Shown here in pieces: positions 58,615 to 64,000 of a stretch of 64,000 bases of DNA. Below the pieces are notes generated by a model. The model had not been told where the DNA came from, did no database searches, and saw nothing but the letters and a program-made list of their open reading frames with translations. Numbering within the stretch: the first letter of the stretch is position 1; each line of letters opens with the position of its first letter. Source of the stretch: Syntrophomonadaceae bacterium (GTDB taxonomy: Bacteria; Bacillota; PH28-bin88); NCBI GenBank assembly GCA_018333865.1, contig JAGXSE010000065.1, positions 48,794-112,793 of the forward strand, written 5' to 3'. A program made the position numbers and the translations under genes.

Positions 58615-59712
58615 ATGAGTAAACCTGAAAAAAGAAAATATATGTTAGCTTTATTGTTAATGGTTTTGTTAACAGTAGTGTTTTTTAGTGCAGGCTGTGC
58701 ACCCAGAGATCAGAAAGCTGCGGAAGGACCACCAGCACCAGCTCAAAAAGAGAAACATACCTGGGAAATGCAGTCTTGGACTTGGCCTGGCTTGGAACCT
58801 AAGCATAGTATAGTCCATGATTTTGCCAAAAGAGTGTACGAGGCATCTGGTGGTCGCCTTGAAATCATCATGCATCCACGGGAAGCGGTTGTGCCGGGTT
58901 GGGAGGCTACTGAAGCAGTAGGAAGGGGCATATTAGACATGTCCTTTGAGTGGCCAGGAGTTATGGCAGGGAGATGGGGGGATGTAGGCTTTAATCTTTT
59001 TTCGCCTCCTCCCATGTCCCTCCGAGAAGGTTGGCAGGTAACTTCCTGGTTTTACGACTGGGGTGTGCTAGATATAATGCGGGAAGCATTCGCTAAACAC
59101 AATGTTTATGTTGCTGGTATAACCTTTTGGCAACAAGAGAGCTTACATTCCAAAAAGCCAATTCGAGGAATCGCAGATCTACGAGGAGTAAAAGTCAGAA
59201 CCCCTCCAGGCATAACTTCGGACTTTTTTAGAGCGTTGGGAGCCTCTCCAGTTGTTTTGCCTCCGCCTGAAATTTATTCATCATTGGATAGAGGGGTAAT
59301 TGACGCTGCTGAGTGGGTAACTCCAGTCGGAAACTTTGCCTCAGGTTTCCAAGAAGTGACTGAATACGTGCTTTGGCCATCACCACATCAAGAATTTGCT
59401 ACTGTATATGTAGCAGTAAACATGGATTCCTGGAATGCATTATCTCCTGAACTCAAAGCTATATTTAAGGGAGCTTTAGCGGAGTTTTCCTGGAGGCATG
59501 CATACGAACCTTATTTAGCGGATTATCAAACAATTAAGAAATATATTGCAGCAGGAAATGAACATATTCAGTGGTCTGATGCAGAATTAAAAAAGGCACG
59601 AATAATTGCCAGAGATTTATGGCGTTCTTATGGTAAACAAAGCCCACTTGCAGCAAAATTGGTAGAAAAGCTTGAGTCATATCTGAAAACGATCGGAGAA
59701 ATGCCTGAATAG
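58615..59712 (+). CDS. TRAP transporter substrate-binding lipoprotein
   Basis: Signal peptide with lipobox FSAGC; about 340-aa mature domain; directly upstream of DctQ/DctM-type permease genes. Confidence 0.65.
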   Translation: MSKPEKRKYMLALLLMVLLTVVFFSAGCAPRDQKAAEGPPAPAQKEKHTWEMQSWTWPGLEPKHSIVHDFAKRVYEASGGRLEIIMHPREAVVPGWEATEAVGRGILDMSFEWPGVMAGRWGDVGFNLFSPPPMSLREGWQVTSWFYDWGVLDIMREAFAKHNVYVAGITFWQQESLHSKKPIRGIADLRGVKVRTPPGITSDFFRALGASPVVLPPPEIYSSLDRGVIDAAEWVTPVGNFASGFQEVTEYVLWPSPHQEFATVYVAVNMDSWNALSPELKAIFKGALAEFSWRHAYEPYLADYQTIKKYIAAGNEHIQWSDAELKKARIIARDLWRSYGKQSPLAAKLVEKLESYLKTIGEMPE

Positions 59713-59747
59713 CAACTTGTTTTTAGCTCAAATCAAGTAGAACTATT

Positions 59748-59788
59748 GGAGGAGGGAAGGGATGCCTTGTCATTTTTATCCCTCCTCC
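59748..59788 (+). other. intercistronic stem-loop
   Basis: 10-bp perfect stem GGAGGAGGGA/TCCCTCCTCC with a 21-nt loop. Confidence 0.5.
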
Positions 59789-59885
59789 AAACTCTAAGTT
59801 TAGCGGTTGAAAGGAAGTCCTGCTAAAAATATTTTCAAAGCACCCGATGGGCATCTTTGAGTAAAACAGAGGAGGGATGAATAAC

Positions 59886-60383
59886 ATGGGGTATTTTTTT
59901 CGCCTCGTAGATATGACAAACGAATTGGTCGGCAAATTGATGAGCATCATCGTTGTTGCAACAGTGTTGATTATTACTTTTGGAGTGATCATGCGGTATA
60001 TTTTTAAGTCACCTATTCCGGTAGTTTTTGAGTTAACCATATATCCTCTTGCAGCAGTATATGCACTTTCGACTGGTTACGCACTTCTCCACAACGCCCA
60101 TGTAAATGTCGACGCAATAATCCACAGATTATCGCCTAGACACAGACTTATACTGGCCTTTGCGACCTTTCCGGTTTTTTTGGTTTTTTGTGCTGCGCTG
60201 ATTTGGAGCGGATTCCCGTGGGCATGGCATTCGTTTTTAATAAATGAAACAAGCGGGTCGTCGTGGAGCCTAAAATTATACCCATATAAGTTTGCACTGC
60301 CAATTGGAGCAGTATTGTTGCTCCTTCAAGGTACGGTTAACTTGATCCGTCAGATGGATCTAACTAAGAAAGCTTCAAAATAA
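59886..60383 (+). CDS. TRAP transporter small permease (DctQ-like)
   Basis: About 165 aa, four TM helices; ATG 59886 chosen for GGAGGG spacing. Confidence 0.65.
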   Translation: MGYFFRLVDMTNELVGKLMSIIVVATVLIITFGVIMRYIFKSPIPVVFELTIYPLAAVYALSTGYALLHNAHVNVDAIIHRLSPRHRLILAFATFPVFLVFCAALIWSGFPWAWHSFLINETSGSSWSLKLYPYKFALPIGAVLLLLQGTVNLIRQMDLTKKASK

Positions 60384-60457
60384 TGGCAGTGTCGAGTATG
60401 GTGTATGTTTGGGATCCGGGTAAGGTTGCAGTGTTAGAAAGGTAGGCATCGGATGAA

Positions 60458-61777
60458 ATGAATATTGAATTGATTACATTAGTTGTTATTATATCTTTCC
60501 TAGGTCTATTAATGGCGGGAGTGCCCATGGCCTTTACTATGGGTGGGAGTGCGATAGTTTTAACCCTTATTTTGTGGGGGCCAGACTTTATTCCCCTGAT
60601 TCTTATGCGCATTTTTGAACAGATGGCAAGTTATACTTTTGTGGCAGCACCAATGTTTATTTTTATGGCTTCGGTCTTAGAGCGAATTGGTGTCGCAGAG
60701 GAATTGTTTGAAGGGATATACTCCTGGATCGGCTCTATCCGCGGAGGTTTAGCGATAACTGTTGTGATCGCATGTACTATTCTAGCTGCTATGGTGGGCA
60801 TTATTGGGGCGGGTATTGTATTAATGGGGTTAATTGCCCTACCTCAGATGCTGAAACGTGGGTACGATAAAAACCTAGCAACGGGAACCATCATGGCCTC
60901 AGGTTGTCTAGGAATTCTAATTCCCCCCAGTATATTATTCGTCGTCTATTCTATGGTTGCTGGCGTATCTGTAGGGAAGCTGTTTGCAGGAGCTATAATC
61001 CCTGGGCTCATGCTTTCTTTCGCGTACGTATTATATATTACTATCAGATGTTATTTAAATCCAAAAATAGGTCCTGCTGCCAATGAGAAAAACTTGGAAC
61101 CTATTTCTATAAAAAAGAAGTTAATGCTTTTGAAAAATCTTATTGCCCCCATGCTTTTAATAGTAACTGTTATGGGCAGCATTTTTTTTGGGATTGCAAC
61201 CCCTACAGAAGCAGCCGGCGTAGGAAGTTTTTGCGCGCTTTTAATCGCGGTTGCCCGGGGTAAGCTTAGTTTTCTTATGCTGAAAGAAACTGCGATGCAA
61301 ACAGTCAAGGTATCAGCGATGATCATGTGGATAATTTTTGGTGCAACAGCCCTAATTTCTGTGTATACCCGCGCCGGTGGAGCTAGATTTATGGAAGAGG
61401 TTATCCATGCATTGCCTCTAGGACCATGGGAACTTTTTATTGCGGTACAAATGCTATTTTTTATTATGGGATTTTTTCTCGATTGGATTGGCATTCTTAT
61501 GTTAACAGGCCCACTTTTAATACCGATAATGGCTGAGATAGGATTTGATCCTCTATGGTTTGGTATCGTGTTTGCGCTTAATATGCAAATGGCTTTTTTA
61601 ACACCGCCATTTGGCCCAGCGATGTTTTATATGAAAGGTGTAGTGCCTGCCGAGATTAAAATTACAGATTTGTATCGGGCTGTCATTCCTTTTATTTGTC
61701 TGCAGTTGCTAGTTCTGATTATCGTCATTTTATATCCATCACTTGCCCTATGGCTGCCAGCGAAGTTATTCCCTTAA
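60458..61777 (+). CDS. TRAP transporter large permease (DctM family)
   Basis: 439 aa, about 12 TM helices, typical DctM pattern. Confidence 0.9.
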   Translation: MNIELITLVVIISFLGLLMAGVPMAFTMGGSAIVLTLILWGPDFIPLILMRIFEQMASYTFVAAPMFIFMASVLERIGVAEELFEGIYSWIGSIRGGLAITVVIACTILAAMVGIIGAGIVLMGLIALPQMLKRGYDKNLATGTIMASGCLGILIPPSILFVVYSMVAGVSVGKLFAGAIIPGLMLSFAYVLYITIRCYLNPKIGPAANEKNLEPISIKKKLMLLKNLIAPMLLIVTVMGSIFFGIATPTEAAGVGSFCALLIAVARGKLSFLMLKETAMQTVKVSAMIMWIIFGATALISVYTRAGGARFMEEVIHALPLGPWELFIAVQMLFFIMGFFLDWIGILMLTGPLLIPIMAEIGFDPLWFGIVFALNMQMAFLTPPFGPAMFYMKGVVPAEIKITDLYRAVIPFICLQLLVLIIVILYPSLALWLPAKLFP

Positions 61778-61942
61778 TTCTAGTTATGGCCCGAAGTGGA
61801 ACCAAGATCGTGGTATGTGAACATAAATTTTTTTACAGCAGAATCATATATTTTAATTAACAAGGCTAGCAAATATTATTGTTAGAATTTATGCTGATAC
61901 TTAGTAAAATATAGTTAACAGGAGCCAGGAGGGGTTATCGCG

Positions 61943-62899
61943 GTGAAATTGCATGTGGTGATTGCAGATTTTCGTTGGGAAGATTTATCCTGCGAACAAA
62001 ACATCTTTTCCCCTAACGGTATCGAGATAGCTGGTTTCCAATGTGACACAGAAGAAGAAGTGCTATCTGCCTGTAAGGAGGCGGACGGAATTATTACTAC
62101 TGCTAGCCCAATTTCGGCGCGAGTCATCCAGGGAATGAAAAAATGCAAGGTTATTTCCAGATACGGGATCGGTTATGATAATGTGGATATTAAGGCTGCT
62201 TCGGCCCAAGGTATTATTGTGTGCAATGTCCCAGATTATTGCATTGACGAAGTAGCCGATCATGCCTTCACTTTAATAATGGCCTTGGTAAGAAAACTAA
62301 ACCCATATGCTCAAAGTGTTAGGGATGGTTTATGGGATTACCCCTTGTATAAACCAATCTTTAGGTTGAAAGGCAAGGTCTTAGGCCTTGTTGGTTTTGG
62401 AAATATTGCTCGTAACCTTGCGCGAAAAGCTCAGTGTTTCGGCCTGGAAATTATTGCTTTTGATCCCCATGTCTCCGGTGCGGAAATGGAACAATTAGGA
62501 GTTTCCCCTGTGAGTTTAGATCAACTATGTCGTGTTTCTGATATTATTTCTGTACATGTACCATTGGCAGATTCAACCAGGGGCATCATTGGTCAGCAAC
62601 AGCTCGAAAAAATGAAGCCCACTGCGATCTTGATCAATACCGCCCGCGGGCCGGTGGTGAATGAAGATGCCTTAATAAGTGCTTTGGAAGCAAAAACAAT
62701 TGCAGGTGCAGGTTTGGATGTAGTCACGAAAGAACCTATTGATATTAATAATCCCTTGCTAATGATGCCGAATGTTATTGTGACCCCTCATATGAGTTGG
62801 TATTCCAAAGAGGCAGAAGAAGAACTACGAATAAAAGCCGCAAATAATGTTCTTTCCGTTTTGAAAGGTGAAAACCCTAAGTACAGGGTCAACAGCTGA
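61943..62899 (+). CDS. D-isomer-specific 2-hydroxyacid dehydrogenase (NAD-binding)
   Basis: GLVGFGNIARNLARKA NAD-binding motif and catalytic Arg/Glu/His arrangement; GTG start with GGAGGGG RBS. Confidence 0.9.
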   Translation: MKLHVVIADFRWEDLSCEQNIFSPNGIEIAGFQCDTEEEVLSACKEADGIITTASPISARVIQGMKKCKVISRYGIGYDNVDIKAASAQGIIVCNVPDYCIDEVADHAFTLIMALVRKLNPYAQSVRDGLWDYPLYKPIFRLKGKVLGLVGFGNIARNLARKAQCFGLEIIAFDPHVSGAEMEQLGVSPVSLDQLCRVSDIISVHVPLADSTRGIIGQQQLEKMKPTAILINTARGPVVNEDALISALEAKTIAGAGLDVVTKEPIDINNPLLMMPNVIVTPHMSWYSKEAEEELRIKAANNVLSVLKGENPKYRVNS

Positions 62900-63088
62900 A
62901 TAAAACACAAATGTTTTGTGCCTGAGCGCCATGAAAGGATAGCTGATTACTATCGTGTCAAGCAGTAGGAACGCCTTGGAATTCTTTCCTCCAACAATGG
63001 ATTTGAGAATATAGGCAATAATTGCATTGGCTACACTTCCTACCTTCCACCGGCCACTGAGAGCGGTATCGGCGCCAAAATCGCTGAC

Positions 63089-63541
63089 ATGTGGGGGGAA
63101 AACAGTGATCAGATCCTGACCAGTGTTTCACCGGAAATGACTGAGGAGTTTGCCTTTGTATATGAGAAGAAATGGGCAGATATGTTCGGACTTCACTCCT
63201 ATGGCTGTTGTGAGCGGCTGGATCACAAGCTGGGGATCCTGACAAAAAGTTTTCCCAACCTGCGAAAGGTATCGTGCTCTCCTTTCAGTAATCTGGAGTT
63301 TACCATGGAGCAATTAGGTGACAGGTATATTATCAGCTTTAAGCCAAATTCTAACTATCTTGCGGGCAGCACTCCTGATATGGAGTATCTAAAGCGGGAA
63401 ATTATTTGCGCATTAAACCTGGCTCGAAAGTATAAGGCCAACCTTGTATTAAATATGAAGACAATGATTTCTCTCAACGGTGATCCCACCCGGCTGTGGA
63501 AATGGTGTGACATGGCTAGTGACATATTAACAAATTATTGA
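63089..63541 (+). CDS. hypothetical protein, possible gene remnant
   Basis: 150 aa from the only canonical start; frame stays open upstream to an in-frame TAG at 62966-62968; no convincing RBS. Confidence 0.3.
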   Translation: MWGENSDQILTSVSPEMTEEFAFVYEKKWADMFGLHSYGCCERLDHKLGILTKSFPNLRKVSCSPFSNLEFTMEQLGDRYIISFKPNSNYLAGSTPDMEYLKREIICALNLARKYKANLVLNMKTMISLNGDPTRLWKWCDMASDILTNY

Positions 63542-63624
63542 TTCCAATGAATTTATAGACCCTTTAATTCTGCAATCGCAATAGCAATAGGAAAAACTAA
63601 TTGACAAAGAGAGGTGCTTGGTTA

Positions 63625-64000
63625 GTGAGACCAGATAAGCCTGATTTTGAAAGAATAAAAACAGCTCTATATTGCAAAGAGCCTGACAGGGTACCATTGG
63701 CCGAGTTAATTATAGATCCTAAAGTAAGAGCTGGATTTATGGGCAAACCGGTTGACGACATCAAGACGAATGTGGAATTTTGGGCCGCAGCTGGATATGA
63801 TTATATTATACTATCGAAAGGATTGCTTGAACCTGGGCATGTGTTGGAAGGTACAGCAGTCCAAAAAACAAGAAGTGAAACAAGCCTTTATGGAAATGGA
63901 GTTGAAGAGAGAGATTGGGCTAATTTGCATGAAGGTGTCATAAAAACCGAAGCAGATTTTGAAAAATTTAATTGGCCTGATCCTGATTCATTGGATTACT
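63625..64000 (+). CDS. URO-D/MtaA-family methyltransferase, copy 3 (5' partial, runs off window)
   Basis: GTG 63625 with AGAGAGGTG RBS; N-terminus VRPDKPDFERIKTALYCKEPDRVP parallels the other URO-D paralogs. Confidence 0.6.
   Translation, partial: MRPDKPDFERIKTALYCKEPDRVPLAELIIDPKVRAGFMGKPVDDIKTNVEFWAAAGYDYIILSKGLLEPGHVLEGTAVQKTRSETSLYGNGVEERDWANLHEGVIKTEADFEKFNWPDPDSLDY

Noticed and set aside
62918-63541. Pyrrolysine (UAG read-through) gene starting at GTG 62918
   Set aside because: The in-frame TAG would sit at about codon 17 and the product lacks resemblance to MttB/MtbB/MtmB methyltransferases; no pyl genes seen in the window.
1-64000. CRISPR arrays, rRNA/tRNA genes, transposases, integrases or prophage blocks
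   Set aside because: No regularly spaced short direct repeats, no tRNA-like or rRNA-like sequence, and no recombinase or transposase-like ORFs were seen; the only large repeat is the duplicated corrinoid-protein gene.

Overview
This window reads as a chromosomal segment from an endospore-forming Firmicute (Clostridia-like), almost entirely plus-strand, with about 48% GC by eye. No rRNA, tRNA, CRISPR array, transposase or integrase was recognised. All calls rest on reading the six-frame translations for family motifs; no database search was run, and start codons were adjusted only where an RBS or a conserved N-terminus supports it.

Layout:
- 1-5.7 kb: a small metabolic gene set (zinc-ribbon miniprotein, ROK sugar kinase, class II aldolase, M20 amidohydrolase, MetE-like barrel protein, PHP hydrolase, rhodanese).
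- 5.8-25.2 kb: a complete dcw cell-wall/division cluster, mraZ through ftsZ.
- 25.4-34.3 kb: sporulation sigma locus spoIIGA-sigE-sigG with a SpoIIR-like gene, then the ylm genes, sepF, proC, yggT and divIVA.
- 35-45 kb: ileS, two PduL phosphotransacylase paralogs, yteA-like, lspA, rluD, a DUF2007/YkgJ pair, a PgpA-like gene, an orphan DPPY-motif methyltransferase and a nitroreductase.
- 45-51.5 kb: a 646-aa winged-helix-repeat/coiled-coil protein, a convergent GH13 glycosidase, a FUSC-type exporter and an FAD oxidoreductase.
- 51.6-64 kb: the most interesting region, a corrinoid-dependent methyltransferase island.

The island holds two near-identical corrinoid-protein genes, a pterin-binding methyltransferase, three divergent URO-D/MtaA-family methyltransferases, an ASKHA-fold protein, a TRAP transporter and a 2-hydroxyacid dehydrogenase. 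Between the two modules sit a ~400-bp structured non-coding region and a small toxin-antitoxin-like cassette. I read this as a candidate uptake-and-demethylation system for an unidentified methylated organic anion; the substrate cannot be named from sequence.
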